DNA of 64,000 nucleotides from Candidatus Pseudolachnospira avium (GTDB lineage: Bacteria; Bacillota; Clostridia; Lachnospirales; Lachnospiraceae). Below, piece by piece: positions 37,708 through 48,930 of the stretch. Each line of letters opens with the position of its first letter. Position 1 is the stretch's first letter. The stretch spans positions 761 through 64,760 of the forward strand of contig CAJFTW010000054.1 in NCBI GenBank assembly GCA_904420025.1, in the 5' to 3' direction. The notes under the pieces were generated by a model. That model saw nothing but the letters and a program-made list of their open reading frames with translations, was not told the DNA's origin and did not search any database. The position numbers and the translations under genes are program-made.

Positions 37708-39042
37708 ATGGAAGAACAGGCGATACAACTCTTGGAGCAGAAACGGTTCAGCGAGCTGCGGGAGCTGCTGAAAGAGATGGAGCCCTTTGACATTGCCGCC
37801 ATGCTGGAAGATGTGCCGGAGGAACAGCTGCCGCTGATGTTCCGGATCCTGCCCAAGGAGCTGGCGGCGGATACATTCGTAGAGATGGACTCGGATATGC
37901 AGGAGCTGCTGATCCACAGCTTCAGCGACCGGGAGCTGAAAACCGTGATGGACCAGATTTATCTGGACGATACGGTGGATATTATTGAGGAGATGCCGGC
38001 CAACGTGGTAAAGCGGATCCTGCGCCATGCGGAGCCGGAAACCCGTATGCAGATCAACCGGATCCTCCAGTATCCGGACGACTCCGCCGGCAGCCTGATG
38101 ACTATTGAGTTTGTGGACCTGCGGAAGGATATGACGGTGCAGGACGCCTTTACCCGGATCCGTCGGATTGGGGTCAACAAGGAGACCATCTACACCTGCT
38201 ATGTGGTGGATCAGAACCGGACGCTGCTGGGGCTGGTATCGGTTAAAACCCTTCTTTTGTCCAGCTATGAGGATGTCATTGAGGACATCATGGAGACCAA
38301 TGTGATATACGCCACCACCCTGGAGGATCAGGAGGCGGTGGCGGAAACCTTTAAGAAATACGACCTGATGGCGCTGCCGGTGGTGGATATGGAGCACCGG
38401 CTGGTGGGGATTATCACCTTCGATGACGTGATGGACGTCATGCAGGAGGAGGCCACCGAGGATATTGAGAAGATGGCCGCTATCATGCCGTCCGACCGTC
38501 CCTATATGAAGGTGAGCGTGTGGGAAACCTATAAGAAGCGGATCCCCTGGCTGCTGTTTCTGATGCTGTCCGCTACCTTCACCAGCACGATCCTGACCCA
38601 TTTTCAGGATGCGCTGGCGGTGGTGCCGGCCCTGACGGTCTTTATCCCCATGCTCATGGGAACCGGCGGCAACGCCGGCGGCCAGACCTCCGTCACCATC
38701 ATCCGGGGCCTCTCCCTCAATGAGATTGAGTACGAGGATATGCCGGCGGTGATCTGGAAGGAGATCCGGGTGGCAGCCTGCTGCGGTGCCACCCTTTCGG
38801 TGGTCTGCTTCTTCAAAGTGATTTTCATTGACCGGAAGGATCCCATGACCGCGCTGGTGGTCTCCGTGGCCATTCTGGTTACCGTGTGTGTGGCCAAGCT
38901 GGTGGGCTGTATCCTGCCGGTGCTGGCCAAACGGGTGGGCTTTGACCCAGCAGTGATGGCCAGCCCGTTTATCACCACCATTGTGGACGCCGTGTCCCTG
39001 CTGATTTATTTTGCCACCGCGTCCATTATCTTTGGCCTGTGA
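37708..39042 (+). CDS. mgtE: Magnesium transporter MgtE
   Basis: MgtE_N, YPDDSAGSLM, CBS pair, GTGGNAGGQ, DPAVMASPFITTIVD. Confidence 0.95.
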   Translation: MEEQAIQLLEQKRFSELRELLKEMEPFDIAAMLEDVPEEQLPLMFRILPKELAADTFVEMDSDMQELLIHSFSDRELKTVMDQIYLDDTVDIIEEMPANVVKRILRHAEPETRMQINRILQYPDDSAGSLMTIEFVDLRKDMTVQDAFTRIRRIGVNKETIYTCYVVDQNRTLLGLVSVKTLLLSSYEDVIEDIMETNVIYATTLEDQEAVAETFKKYDLMALPVVDMEHRLVGIITFDDVMDVMQEEATEDIEKMAAIMPSDRPYMKVSVWETYKKRIPWLLFLMLSATFTSTILTHFQDALAVVPALTVFIPMLMGTGGNAGGQTSVTIIRGLSLNEIEYEDMPAVIWKEIRVAACCGATLSVVCFFKVIFIDRKDPMTALVVSVAILVTVCVAKLVGCILPVLAKRVGFDPAVMASPFITTIVDAVSLLIYFATASIIFGL

Positions 39043-39767
39043 CGGAGGAGCGGAAAATGGAAGAGCGTGAGAGGGAACGGCTGGCGGCTGCCCGGGATAA
39101 GGTGGCGGGGCTGCTGGAGAAAGAGGGCTCCGGTCACGGACTGGACCATGCGGACCGGGTGTTAGCATTGTCCATTCAGTTTGCGGAGCAGGAGCAGGCG
39201 GATCCGGTACTGGCGGCCTGGATTGCATTGCTCCACGACGTGGACGACTATAAGTTGTTTGGGACGGAAACCGAGGAACGCTTGCCCCACGCCCGGAAAA
39301 TTTTGACGGAGGCGGAGATGGAGCCGGAACGGCAGGAGCAGGTGTGCGCTGCCATACGGACCCTGGGCTACAGCAAACGGCTCCAGGGAATCCGGCCCCA
39401 ATCCCGGGAGGGACGGGTGGTGTCCGACGCGGATATGTGCGATGCCCTGGGGGCCAACGGTATTCTTCGCACCTACGCCTTTGGGCTTGCCAGTGGCCGG
39501 CCTTTCTTTGACCGAAATTGTTTTCCGGAGGAGGCACTGACGGCAGAGCAGTACCGGGATAAAAGCCGCGGCACCGGTGTGGATCATTTCTTTGAGAAAA
39601 TTCTGCGCCTGAGGGATTTGATGCTGACGGAGTCCGGCAGGGCGGAGGCAGCTTTCCGTCACCAGCTGGTGGTGGACTTTTTGTTCCACCTGTTTGAGGA
39701 AGAGCGGGCTCCGGAGTGGAGCCGATATCTGCTGGAACGGTATGGGACGGAGATAGAACGGCGGTGA
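39039..39767 (+). CDS. HD-domain phosphohydrolase
   Basis: GHGLDHADRV, ALLHDVDDYKLF, VSDADMCDALGANG, HFFEKIL. Confidence 0.88.
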   Translation: MTEERKMEERERERLAAARDKVAGLLEKEGSGHGLDHADRVLALSIQFAEQEQADPVLAAWIALLHDVDDYKLFGTETEERLPHARKILTEAEMEPERQEQVCAAIRTLGYSKRLQGIRPQSREGRVVSDADMCDALGANGILRTYAFGLASGRPFFDRNCFPEEALTAEQYRDKSRGTGVDHFFEKILRLRDLMLTESGRAEAAFRHQLVVDFLFHLFEEERAPEWSRYLLERYGTEIERR

Positions 39768-39799
39768 CAAGACAGGCGCCCTGTCTTGTCACCGCCGTT
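39757..39799. terminator. Perfect 19-bp inverted repeat between convergent genes
   Basis: AACGGCGGTGACAAGACAG-GCGCC-CTGTCTTGTCACCGCCGTT. Confidence 0.65.
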
Positions 39800-39898
39800 T
39801 ACTATAGTCCCTCCGCGGGATGCGCACGATTTTTGTACGGTATTTTCTGCGTTTGCACGCAGCAAAAATCGGCGCAGGAAACTTTGTTCCCTATGACA

Positions 39899-40846
39899 TC
39901 AAAATGCTCCGCTTTCTGCGCAGATCCGCCGCTCCAGCTCCGCGGAGGCCTGCTCTCGCTCCCTGGAAGTCTCTGCCTGCATGGCTTGGAGCCGTCTCAG
40001 GGCCTGCTGAATGCGGGAATAGGTGATCCGAATCTCGTCCTGCGCTTTTTGGATGCGGCTTTGTACGCTCCAGTCGGCCAGAAGGCTGTCCATAAAATAG
40101 TCGGCAAACCGGAGAAAGCCGTCCACCTGCACCTCCACATCGGCGGAGATGGAAATGTCTGTCAGCTCGGTGCGGAAGCGGAGCAGGCAGACTTGCAGCT
40201 GTTCAATCTCCTCCTGGGCCTTATCCATATGCTCGTGTTTTTTGATGTCAAAGAGGAGGCCGCCGCCGATCAGATCCCCGGTCCCCCATTTTTCTGCATT
40301 CCCCAGAGCGTCCAGAACACGTTCTGCCGTGTCCAGGGCCTCTTGGCCGGCACCCAAGGCTTCCTGGATTTCCCGCCCTTGGTTTTCCAGAAGGGATACC
40401 TGCTGGGCGCGCCGCCGTATCTCTTCCGCTGCTGCTCCGCCGGCAGCCTGAATCGCTCGGGAGCATTCCTGCAGTGCCTGGGAATACTTTGCTTCACAGC
40501 CGGCCAGCGTATCCCATTCTGCCCTGCACCGCTGCAGGTCTGCCTCCACCGCGGCCAGCTCCCGGGCGGCCACCTGATATTTCACTTCTGCCGCGTAGGC
40601 CTCTGCCCGCTCCTTTTCCAGCTTCTCCTCCCGGCGGCCGGTGACGGTGTGGAATAAAGCGGAAAGGCTCCGGCCTTCCAGCCGGTCCACATCCTTTTGT
40701 TCCGCCTGCAGTTGTTTCTGCAGCTCCTGTGCTCGCAGCTCCAGCTCTTCCTTCCTGCGGGCAAGCTCCGCCTCCAAAGCCTCCAACCGCTTTTTGCGCA
40801 GGACCTGCCGCTGCAGCTCCCGCAGAGAATGGACTTGACGGTTCAT
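39899..40846 (-). CDS. Hypothetical coiled-coil protein
   Basis: Helical heptad-rich ORF with WGTGDLIGGG and FADYFMD segments; GAAGGGGG SD before ATG 40846. Confidence 0.75.
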   Translation of the reverse strand: MNRQVHSLRELQRQVLRKKRLEALEAELARRKEELELRAQELQKQLQAEQKDVDRLEGRSLSALFHTVTGRREEKLEKERAEAYAAEVKYQVAARELAAVEADLQRCRAEWDTLAGCEAKYSQALQECSRAIQAAGGAAAEEIRRRAQQVSLLENQGREIQEALGAGQEALDTAERVLDALGNAEKWGTGDLIGGGLLFDIKKHEHMDKAQEEIEQLQVCLLRFRTELTDISISADVEVQVDGFLRFADYFMDSLLADWSVQSRIQKAQDEIRITYSRIQQALRRLQAMQAETSREREQASAELERRICAESGAF

Positions 40847-40901
40847 AATGTTTCCCCCTTCATAGACTGTCTTTATTATACCGGGACAGGGGGAAGGGGC
40901 T

Positions 40902-41786
40902 TTAATCATATTTGTTCAGCCATTCCTTCATTCGCTCCACATAGCGGTCGTTGTCCTCCACAAAGCACATGTGGCGGCAGGTTCGGAACAACTCCCACTC
41001 GGCGTGGGGAATGTGGTCATACATATATTTGGCAATATAGGGCGTGCAGAGATCGTTGCCGCCACTGATCACCAAGGCCGGTTCCTGAATGTCCTTCAGC
41101 TGCTCGGTGACGTCGTAGTCTTTCAGGGTTCCCAGAGGCGTGTATTCATTGGGACCCCAGCCTACCACGTAGGACTCTCTTCCTTTTCGGGCTGGACGCC
41201 GCAGGCACTCGGGTGAATCCTCGGTCACAGGTCCCGCCGCATGGCGGAGCATGTATTCCGCTTCGGCAGCCTGATTGGCCGGATCGCTGTAATCGTTGGT
41301 GGCCACGGCCTTTTGAATGGCGTCCTGCATTTCCTGGGGCAGCTCCTGAATCATCCGCTGTTGTTCCAGCCCCCACATCCAGGAAGCTGGCAAAGTGCTG
41401 GAAAGAACGAGGCTCTTGATCCCTTTGGGGTGATAGTTGCAGACATAATCCAAAAGCAGCATACCGCCCCAGGACTGGCCCAGGATGTGGATCTCTTCCA
41501 GACCCAGATGCTCCCGGAGTTGGATCAGCTCCTTCACCCATGTCTCGGATTTCCAGAGATCTGGCCGGTTTTCTACATAAGATTCCCCGCAGCCTAGCTG
41601 ATCGTACATGACAATCTCTCTGCCGTCCTCCTCCGCCAGCCGGTCCAACACCTCAAAATAGTTGTGGGTGGATCCCGGACCGCCGTGAAGCAGCACAAAT
41701 GGTTTCTTATTGCCTGTCTTTTTGCCGACAATCCGGTAGTAGGTCTGGTATCCGGCAAACGGCATGTATCCTTCTCTGATTTCCAC
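40902..41786 (-). CDS. pepI: Proline iminopeptidase (alpha/beta hydrolase, S33)
   Basis: LHGGPGSTHNY, YDQLGCG, GQSWGG nucleophile elbow; AAGGAGG SD before GTG. Confidence 0.92.
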   Translation of the reverse strand: MEIREGYMPFAGYQTYYRIVGKKTGNKKPFVLLHGGPGSTHNYFEVLDRLAEEDGREIVMYDQLGCGESYVENRPDLWKSETWVKELIQLREHLGLEEIHILGQSWGGMLLLDYVCNYHPKGIKSLVLSSTLPASWMWGLEQQRMIQELPQEMQDAIQKAVATNDYSDPANQAAEAEYMLRHAAGPVTEDSPECLRRPARKGRESYVVGWGPNEYTPLGTLKDYDVTEQLKDIQEPALVISGGNDLCTPYIAKYMYDHIPHAEWELFRTCRHMCFVEDNDRYVERMKEWLNKYD

Positions 41787-41871
41787 GGAAAAACCTCCTT
41801 TGCTTTTTCTGCTATTATATCATATAAAATTTAAATGGCAATGGCCGAGTCTGTTTCCTAAAAAATAAAAT

Positions 41872-41885
41872 CGAACATTTGTGCT
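41872..41885 (+). promoter_or_regulatory. LexA (SOS/Cheo) box upstream of uvrBA
   Basis: CGAAC-ATTT-GTGCT, one core mismatch to GAAC-N4-GTTC; upstream of SOS genes. Confidence 0.6.
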
Positions 41886-42015
41886 TTTTTCGACCGGATT
41901 CTATATACTTTTTTCGAGGGATTTGCTATAATGTGATGGGTTATAAATACATGATGAGTTTTTTGGATATGGCGGATATGGAATATATCAAAAGCCACAA
42001 AGGAGAGATTTAGCC

Positions 42016-43995
42016 ATGGATCATTTCGAACTTGTATCCGAATACGCCCCCACCGGCGACCAGCCCCAGGCCATAGAGGGCCTGGTAAAAGGCTTCCAGG
42101 CGGGAAATCAATTTGAAACGCTGCTGGGCGTCACCGGCTCCGGCAAAACCTTTACCATGGCCAACGTGATTCAAGCGCTGAACAAGCCCACCTTGGTGCT
42201 GGCCCACAATAAGACCCTGGCGGCGCAGCTCTACGGCGAATTCAAGGAATTTTTCCCCAACAACGCCGTAGAGTATTTTGTCTCCTACTACGACTACTAC
42301 CAGCCGGAGGCCTACGTGCCCTCCAGCGACACCTATATTGCCAAGGACTCGGCGGTGAACGATGAGATTGACCGGCTGCGCCACTCGGCCACGGCGGCCC
42401 TCTCCGAGCGCAGCGACGTGGTGATTGTCTCCTCCGTGTCCTGTATCTACGGCTTAGGCAGCCCCATTGACTACAAAAACATGGTCATCTCCCTGCGCCC
42501 CGGGATGCAGAAGGACCGGGACGAGGTGGTGCGGAAACTCATTGATATCCAGTACACCCGGAACGACATGGACCTGCACCGGGGAACCTTCCGGGTCCGG
42601 GGGGATGTGCTGGAGGTGGTGACGGCCCGCACCGGCGAATCTGCCCTGCGCATTGAGTTTTTTGGGGACGAGGTGGATCGGATCACGGAGATTGATACCC
42701 TCACCGGGGAGATCAAGGCCCGGCTGGAGCATGTGTCCATCTTTCCGGCCTCCCACTACGTGGTGGCGCCGGAGCGGATGATGGAAGCCACCAAGGCCAT
42801 TGAGGAGGAGCTGGAGCAGCGGGTGGCGGAATTTCGCAGCCAGGACAAGCTGCTGGAGGCCCAGCGGATTGCAGAACGGACCAACTTTGACGTGGAAATG
42901 ATGCGGGAGACCGGCTTCTGTTCCGGCATTGAGAACTATTCCCGGCATCTGGCAGGGCTCCCGGCGGGGAGTACCCCCCACACCCTGCTGGACTATTTCC
43001 CGGAGGACTTTCTTCTCATTATAGATGAATCCCATATGACGGTGCCCCAGGTCCGGGGGATGTACGCCGGGGACCGGTCCCGGAAGCAGACACTGGTGGA
43101 CTATGGGTTCCGGCTGCCCTCGGCCCTGGACAACCGGCCCTTGAATTTTCAGGAATTTGAGAGTAAACTGCATCAGGTGATGTTTGTGTCCGCCACTCCC
43201 AATGTCTACGAGCAGGAGCACGAGCAGCTGCGGGTAGAGCAGATCATCCGGCCCACGGGGCTGCTGGATCCCCGGGTGGATGTGCGGCCGGTGGCCGGCC
43301 AGGTGGACGATCTGGTGTCCGAGGTGAACAAGGAAGTGGAAGCTGGCCACAAGGTGCTGGTGACCACGCTGACCAAGCGGATGGCCGAGGATTTGACGGA
43401 TTATATGCGGGAGGTGGGCATCCGGGTCCGGTATCTCCACTCGGACATCGACACCCTGGAGCGGACGGAGATCATCCGGGACATGCGCCTGGACGTGTTC
43501 GACGTGCTGGTGGGCATCAACCTGCTCCGGGAAGGTCTGGATATTCCGGAAATCTCCCTGGTAGCCATTCTGGACGCGGACAAAGAAGGCTTTCTCCGGT
43601 CGGAAACCTCTTTGATTCAGACCATTGGCCGGGCAGCCCGGAATGCCGATGGCCACGTGATTATGTACGCGGACACGGTGACGGACTCCATGGCCCACGC
43701 CATTGAGGAGACCAACCGGCGCCGCGCCATCCAGGAGGCCTACAATGAGGAGCATGGGATTACCCCTCAGACCATCCGCAAGGCGGTCCGGGATTTGATC
43801 CGGATCACCAAAGAAGTGGAGGAAACCAAGACGGACAAGCTGGAGAAAGATCCGGAGTCCATGGACGAGAAGGAACTGAAGGCGCTGATCGAGCAGATTT
43901 CCAAGAAGATGCACCAGGCGGCGGTGGAGCTGAACTTCGAGGAGGCGGCACGGCTGCGGGATCAGATGCTGGAACTGAAAAAATATCTGCGCTGA
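42016..43995 (+). CDS. uvrB: Excinuclease ABC subunit B
   Basis: [40 protein letters not shown]-terminal UVR domain. Confidence 0.98.
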   Translation: MDHFELVSEYAPTGDQPQAIEGLVKGFQAGNQFETLLGVTGSGKTFTMANVIQALNKPTLVLAHNKTLAAQLYGEFKEFFPNNAVEYFVSYYDYYQPEAYVPSSDTYIAKDSAVNDEIDRLRHSATAALSERSDVVIVSSVSCIYGLGSPIDYKNMVISLRPGMQKDRDEVVRKLIDIQYTRNDMDLHRGTFRVRGDVLEVVTARTGESALRIEFFGDEVDRITEIDTLTGEIKARLEHVSIFPASHYVVAPERMMEATKAIEEELEQRVAEFRSQDKLLEAQRIAERTNFDVEMMRETGFCSGIENYSRHLAGLPAGSTPHTLLDYFPEDFLLIIDESHMTVPQVRGMYAGDRSRKQTLVDYGFRLPSALDNRPLNFQEFESKLHQVMFVSATPNVYEQEHEQLRVEQIIRPTGLLDPRVDVRPVAGQVDDLVSEVNKEVEAGHKVLVTTLTKRMAEDLTDYMREVGIRVRYLHSDIDTLERTEIIRDMRLDVFDVLVGINLLREGLDIPEISLVAILDADKEGFLRSETSLIQTIGRAARNADGHVIMYADTVTDSMAHAIEETNRRRAIQEAYNEEHGITPQTIRKAVRDLIRITKEVEETKTDKLEKDPESMDEKELKALIEQISKKMHQAAVELNFEEAARLRDQMLELKKYLR

Positions 43996-44034
43996 GACAG
44001 CGCGGGAAACAGAAAAACGGAGGTTATATATTTC

Positions 44035-46860
44035 ATGGCGGAGCGTCAGTTTATCAAGATACGAGGTGCCAACGAGCACAATCTGAAAAATCTTTCGGTG
44101 GATATCCCCCGGAATCAGCTGGTGGTGCTCACCGGCCTTTCCGGCTCAGGAAAGTCCTCCCTGGCCTTTGACACCATCTATGCGGAGGGGCAGCGGCGGT
44201 ACATGGAATCCCTTTCCTCTTATGCCCGGCAGTTCCTGGGACAGATGGAAAAGCCGGATGTGGAGAGCATAGAGGGGCTGTCACCGGCCATCTCCATCGA
44301 CCAGAAATCCACCAACCGCAACCCCCGGTCCACCGTGGGCACGGTGACGGAGATTTACGATTACCTGCGTCTGCTCTACGCCCGGATCGGCGTGCCCCAC
44401 TGCCCCAAATGCGGCCGGGAAATCCGGAAGCAGACGGTGGACCAGATGGTGGATCAGGTGATGGCGCTGCCGGAGAGTACCCGGATTCAGGTGCTGGCGC
44501 CGGTGGTCCGGGGCCGAAAGGGGGAGCATGCCAAGGTCCTGGAGGGAGCCAGAAAGAGCGGCTTTGTCCGGGTCCGGGTGGACGGCAACCTGTTTGAGCT
44601 GTCAGAGCAGATCCCCATAGAAAAAAACCGGAAGCACAACATAGAGATTGTGGTGGACCGGCTGGTGGTGCGGCCGGGGATTGAGAAGCGGCTGACGGAT
44701 TCCATGGAGACGGCCCTGCACCTTACCGAGGGCATCGCCATGGTGGAGGTGGTCGGAGGGGAGATGCTTCACTTCAGCCAAAGCTTCGCCTGCCCGGACT
44801 GCGGCATCAGCGTGGAGGCGGTGGAGCCCCGAAGCTTTTCCTTCAACAACCCCTTCGGCGCCTGCCCGGACTGCTACGGCCTGGGCTATAAGATGGAGTA
44901 CGACATGGATCTGATCATCCCGGATCCCAGCCTGAGCATTTTGGAGGGTGCCATCGCGCCCCACGGCTGGGGCTCCGCCGGTACGCCGGGCAGCTACACC
45001 CATTCCCTGCTCCAGTCGCTGGCAGACCGGTATGGTTTCCGTCTGGACACTCCCTACCGGGACTATCCGCCGGAGGTGAAGCATATCATAGAGTACGGCA
45101 CGGACGGGGAGCGGGTGCCGGTGACTTACAAAGGTGAGCGGGGGGAGAACACCTACCATGTGGCCTTTGACGGGCTGCTCAAGAACCTGGAGCGCCGCTA
45201 CCGGGAGACCAGCCAGGATGCGCTGAAAGCAGAGTACGAGACCTTTATGCGGGTGACCCCCTGCGCCTCCTGCCATGGGCAGCGGCTGAAGCCCTCCTCC
45301 CTGGCGGTGACGGTGGGGGACAAAAATATCTATGAGCTGACCTCCATGCCCTTGACCAAGATTCAGGATTATCTGGAACATTTGGAGCTGTCGGAGATGC
45401 AGCGGGCCATCAGCGCCCCTATTCTGAAGGAGGTCCAGGCCCGGCTGGGATTCTTGGTGGATGTGGGGCTGGACTATCTGACCCTGTCCCGGGCAGCAGG
45501 GACCCTGTCCGGCGGGGAGGCCCAGCGGATCCGCCTGGCCACCCAGATCGGTTCTGGCCTGGTGGGGGTGGCCTACATTTTGGACGAGCCCAGCATTGGC
45601 CTGCACCAGCGGGACAACGACAAGCTGCTCCGGACCCTGATCCACCTGCGGGACCTGGGCAACAGCGTGATCGTGGTGGAACACGATGAAGATACTATGC
45701 GGGCGGCGGACTATATTGTGGATATCGGCCCCGGCGCCGGGGAGCACGGGGGCCAGGTGGTGGCACAAGGGACGGCGGAGGATATTATGAACACCCCGGG
45801 CTCCATCACCGGAGACTATCTGTCCGGCCGGAAAAAAATTCCCGTGCCCACGGAACGGAGGAAGCCCACAGGTTTCCTGACCATCCGGGGGGCGGCGGAA
45901 AACAACTTGAAAAATATAGACGTGGATATCCCTCTGGGAGTCATGACCTGCGTCACCGGGGTTTCTGGCTCTGGGAAAAGTTCCCTGGTCAACGAAATTC
46001 TTTACAAGACGCTGACCAAGAAGATCAACCGGTCCCGGGTGATCCCAGGCAAACACCAGGCCATTGAGGGAATGGAGAATATTGACAAGGTTATCAACAT
46101 TGACCAGTCCCCCATTGGCCGGACACCCCGCTCCAACCCGGCCACCTACACCGGTGTCTTTGACTTGATCCGGGACCTGTTCGCCAGCACCCCGGACGCC
46201 AAGGCCAGAGGTTACCAGAAAGGCCGGTTCAGCTTCAATGTCAAAGGAGGCCGGTGCGAGGCCTGCAGCGGTGACGGGATTTTAAAGATTGAGATGCACT
46301 TCCTGCCGGACGTGTACGTGCCCTGTGAGGTCTGCGGCGGCAAACGGTACAACCGGGAGACCCTGGAGGTGAAGTACAAGGGAAAGAGTATTTACGACGT
46401 GCTGAATATGACGGTGGAGGAGGCTCTGGACTTCTTTGATCCGGTGCCCAGCATCCGCCGGAAGATTGAGATGCTCCACTATGTGGGCCTCTCCTATATC
46501 CGCCTGGGCCAGCCCTCCACGGAGTTGTCCGGCGGCGAGGCCCAGCGGGTAAAGCTGGCCACGGAGCTGTGCAAGCGTGGCACCGGCAAGACCCTGTACA
46601 TTCTGGACGAGCCCACCACCGGCCTACACTTTGCGGATGTCCACAAGCTGGTGGACATCCTCCGGAGGCTGTCCGACGGGGGCAACACGGTGGTGGTCAT
46701 TGAGCACAACCTGGATGTGATCAAAACCGCCGACTATCTGATCGACATGGGCCCGGAGGGGGGAGACAAGGGCGGCACCGTGGTGGCCGCCGGCACCCCG
46801 GAGGAGCTGGCCCAGGTTCCGGAGTCCTACACCGGCCAGTATGTGAAGAGATATTTGTGA
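44035..46860 (+). CDS. uvrA: Excinuclease ABC subunit A
   Basis: Two ABC modules ([24 protein letters not shown] twice) and Zn fingers. Confidence 0.98.
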   Translation: MAERQFIKIRGANEHNLKNLSVDIPRNQLVVLTGLSGSGKSSLAFDTIYAEGQRRYMESLSSYARQFLGQMEKPDVESIEGLSPAISIDQKSTNRNPRSTVGTVTEIYDYLRLLYARIGVPHCPKCGREIRKQTVDQMVDQVMALPESTRIQVLAPVVRGRKGEHAKVLEGARKSGFVRVRVDGNLFELSEQIPIEKNRKHNIEIVVDRLVVRPGIEKRLTDSMETALHLTEGIAMVEVVGGEMLHFSQSFACPDCGISVEAVEPRSFSFNNPFGACPDCYGLGYKMEYDMDLIIPDPSLSILEGAIAPHGWGSAGTPGSYTHSLLQSLADRYGFRLDTPYRDYPPEVKHIIEYGTDGERVPVTYKGERGENTYHVAFDGLLKNLERRYRETSQDALKAEYETFMRVTPCASCHGQRLKPSSLAVTVGDKNIYELTSMPLTKIQDYLEHLELSEMQRAISAPILKEVQARLGFLVDVGLDYLTLSRAAGTLSGGEAQRIRLATQIGSGLVGVAYILDEPSIGLHQRDNDKLLRTLIHLRDLGNSVIVVEHDEDTMRAADYIVDIGPGAGEHGGQVVAQGTAEDIMNTPGSITGDYLSGRKKIPVPTERRKPTGFLTIRGAAENNLKNIDVDIPLGVMTCVTGVSGSGKSSLVNEILYKTLTKKINRSRVIPGKHQAIEGMENIDKVINIDQSPIGRTPRSNPATYTGVFDLIRDLFASTPDAKARGYQKGRFSFNVKGGRCEACSGDGILKIEMHFLPDVYVPCEVCGGKRYNRETLEVKYKGKSIYDVLNMTVEEALDFFDPVPSIRRKIEMLHYVGLSYIRLGQPSTELSGGEAQRVKLATELCKRGTGKTLYILDEPTTGLHFADVHKLVDILRRLSDGGNTVVVIEHNLDVIKTADYLIDMGPEGGDKGGTVVAAGTPEELAQVPESYTGQYVKRYL

Positions 46861-47031
46861 CACCAGGGCGCAAAAGTCGGGGAAGCCATGCTTGCATGAA
46901 AACGCATGACCTCGCCACCCGCCCCACCTTCACAAAAATTTTATTTGTACCGGAGGGAATTCCGTGGTATCATGAGGCAAAATACTTTTTTCTGGATGCC
47001 ATGCCCGGGCATGCCATGATAAGGAGACGGA

Positions 47032-48516
47032 ATGAGCGAAGATAACAGAGAAAACATAGATTCCACGGAAGAAAAAAAGGGGCAGTCCCCGTCGGACAGC
47101 CGGGAGGAGACCAGCCCGGCTGTCACGGAGGAGAGCAAAAGCTCCGCCCCTGCCTCCTCCCAGGAGGAGAAGCAGGATGAGTACGAGGAGGTGTGCAGCG
47201 TTTGCCGCCGGCCGGAGAGCCGGGCAGGCAAACTGATCCACATGCCTGGCGGGCTGACCATCTGCAGCGACTGTATGCAGAAGGCCTTTGATATGTTCAG
47301 CAACCAGAACGGTGGGATGAACCTGCCGAACAACATGCCCTTTGACCTGAAGATGATTGACCTGAGCAACCTGGGCGGTGTGGAGATCCCCCAGCGCCAG
47401 AAGGTGAAAAAGAAAAAGCCCAGGGAGGAGGGGGAACAGCCGGCCCTTTCCCTGAAGGATATTCCGGCCCCCCACCGGCTGAAGGGAATGCTGGATGAGT
47501 ACGTGGTGGGTCAGGAAAAAGCGAAAAAGGCCCTGTCTGTGGCGGTATACAACCACTACAAGCGCATCGCCTCCAACGATGCGGACGGGGTGGAGATTGA
47601 AAAATCCAACGTGCTGATGATCGGCCCCACCGGCAGCGGCAAGACCTATCTGGTGCGGACTTTGGCCAAGCTGCTGCAGGTGCCCCTGGCCATTGCGGAC
47701 GCCACTTCCCTCACTGAGGCCGGGTACATAGGGGATGACATTGAGAGTGTCCTCTCCAAGCTGCTGGCCGCAGCGGATAATGATGTGGAGAAGGCGGAGC
47801 ACGGCATTGTGTTCATCGACGAGATTGATAAGATCGCCAAAAAGAAGAACACCAACACCCGGGACGTCAGCGGGGAATCCGTGCAGCAGGAGCTGCTGAA
47901 AATGCTGGAGGGCACCCAGATGGAGGTGCCGGTGGGGTCCGGCAACAAAAACGCCATGGTGCCCATGACCACCATGGATACCCGGAATATCCTGTTTATC
48001 TGCGGCGGCGCTTTCCCGGACCTGGAGGATATTATCCGGGAGCGGCTGAACCGCCGTTCCGCCATCGGCTTCAACGCCCAGCTGAAGGACCAGTGCGATG
48101 GGGATAAAAATATCCTTTCCAAGGTACAGATGGAGGATCTGCGGAAGTTCGGCATGATCCCGGAGTTCCTAGGGCGGCTGCCCATTGTGGTGACCCTGGA
48201 GGCTTTGACGAAGGAGTTTCTGGTGCGGATCCTCCGGGAGCCCAAGAACGCCATCCTGAAACAGTATGAGAAGCTGCTGGCCATGGACGAGGTTCAGCTG
48301 ATCTTTGACGACGGCGCTCTGGAGGTGATTGCGGAGCGTGCATTGGAGCGGGGCACCGGCGCCCGGGCCCTGCGGGCCATCCTGGAGGAGTACATGCTGG
48401 ATATTATGTACGAAATCCCTAAGGACAGCAACATCGGACGGGTGACCATTACCCGGGAGTACTTAGAGAACACCGGGGGCCCCCGGATTGAGCTGCGGGG
48501 CCAGATCGTCCCGTAA
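47032..48516 (+). CDS. clpX: ATP-dependent Clp protease ATP-binding subunit ClpX
   Basis: C4 Zn finger CSVC..CSDC, AVYNHYKR, GPTGSGKT, DEIDKI, RDVSGE, IGF loop, GARALR. Confidence 0.93.
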   Translation: MSEDNRENIDSTEEKKGQSPSDSREETSPAVTEESKSSAPASSQEEKQDEYEEVCSVCRRPESRAGKLIHMPGGLTICSDCMQKAFDMFSNQNGGMNLPNNMPFDLKMIDLSNLGGVEIPQRQKVKKKKPREEGEQPALSLKDIPAPHRLKGMLDEYVVGQEKAKKALSVAVYNHYKRIASNDADGVEIEKSNVLMIGPTGSGKTYLVRTLAKLLQVPLAIADATSLTEAGYIGDDIESVLSKLLAAADNDVEKAEHGIVFIDEIDKIAKKKNTNTRDVSGESVQQELLKMLEGTQMEVPVGSGNKNAMVPMTTMDTRNILFICGGAFPDLEDIIRERLNRRSAIGFNAQLKDQCDGDKNILSKVQMEDLRKFGMIPEFLGRLPIVVTLEALTKEFLVRILREPKNAILKQYEKLLAMDEVQLIFDDGALEVIAERALERGTGARALRAILEEYMLDIMYEIPKDSNIGRVTITREYLENTGGPRIELRGQIVP

Positions 48517-48529
48517 ATAAAAACACAAC

Positions 48530-48569
48530 AGGCAGGCATTCCACGAGAGAGTGTGGTGCCTGCTTTTTT
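48530..48569 (+). terminator. Intrinsic terminator after clpX
   Basis: GCAGGCAT...GTGCCTGC stem plus TTTTTT. Confidence 0.7.
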
Positions 48570-48656
48570 GTCTTCTGGGTAATCCGGAAGCCCTGCTGGG
48601 CAGGCTCCCTGTTTCCGTTCTAGGACAAAGGGTGCGGGGGATATAATACAGAGAGG

Positions 48657-48917
48657 ATGCGGGGGCGGAGGCGCGGCTTGGACAGGGAACTGTGGATACT
48701 GCTGCTGACAGAATGGGGAGAGGGCAGCAGGGAACGGCGCCAGGCTGTCCTGCGGCAGATCCTTTCCCTGCAGATGCGGGAGCGGCTGCTCCGCCAGGCG
48801 GAAGCTTTGGCGCTGCGGGCGCTGGAGGAGCAATGCCGGCGGTCCCGCCGGGAGCTGTGCCGGCTTTCGGAAGAGCGGCTGCGCCGGCTGCTGCATACGC
48901 CTCCGGAGCATAGATGA
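48657..48917 (+). CDS. Small Arg/Leu/Glu-rich hypothetical protein
   Basis: ORF fills the gap before the csp gene; GAGAGG directly adjacent to ATG; no recognisable motif. Confidence 0.35.
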   Translation: MRGRRRGLDRELWILLLTEWGEGSRERRQAVLRQILSLQMRERLLRQAEALALRALEEQCRRSRRELCRLSEERLRRLLHTPPEHR

Positions 48918-48930
48918 GAGGAGATGGAAT

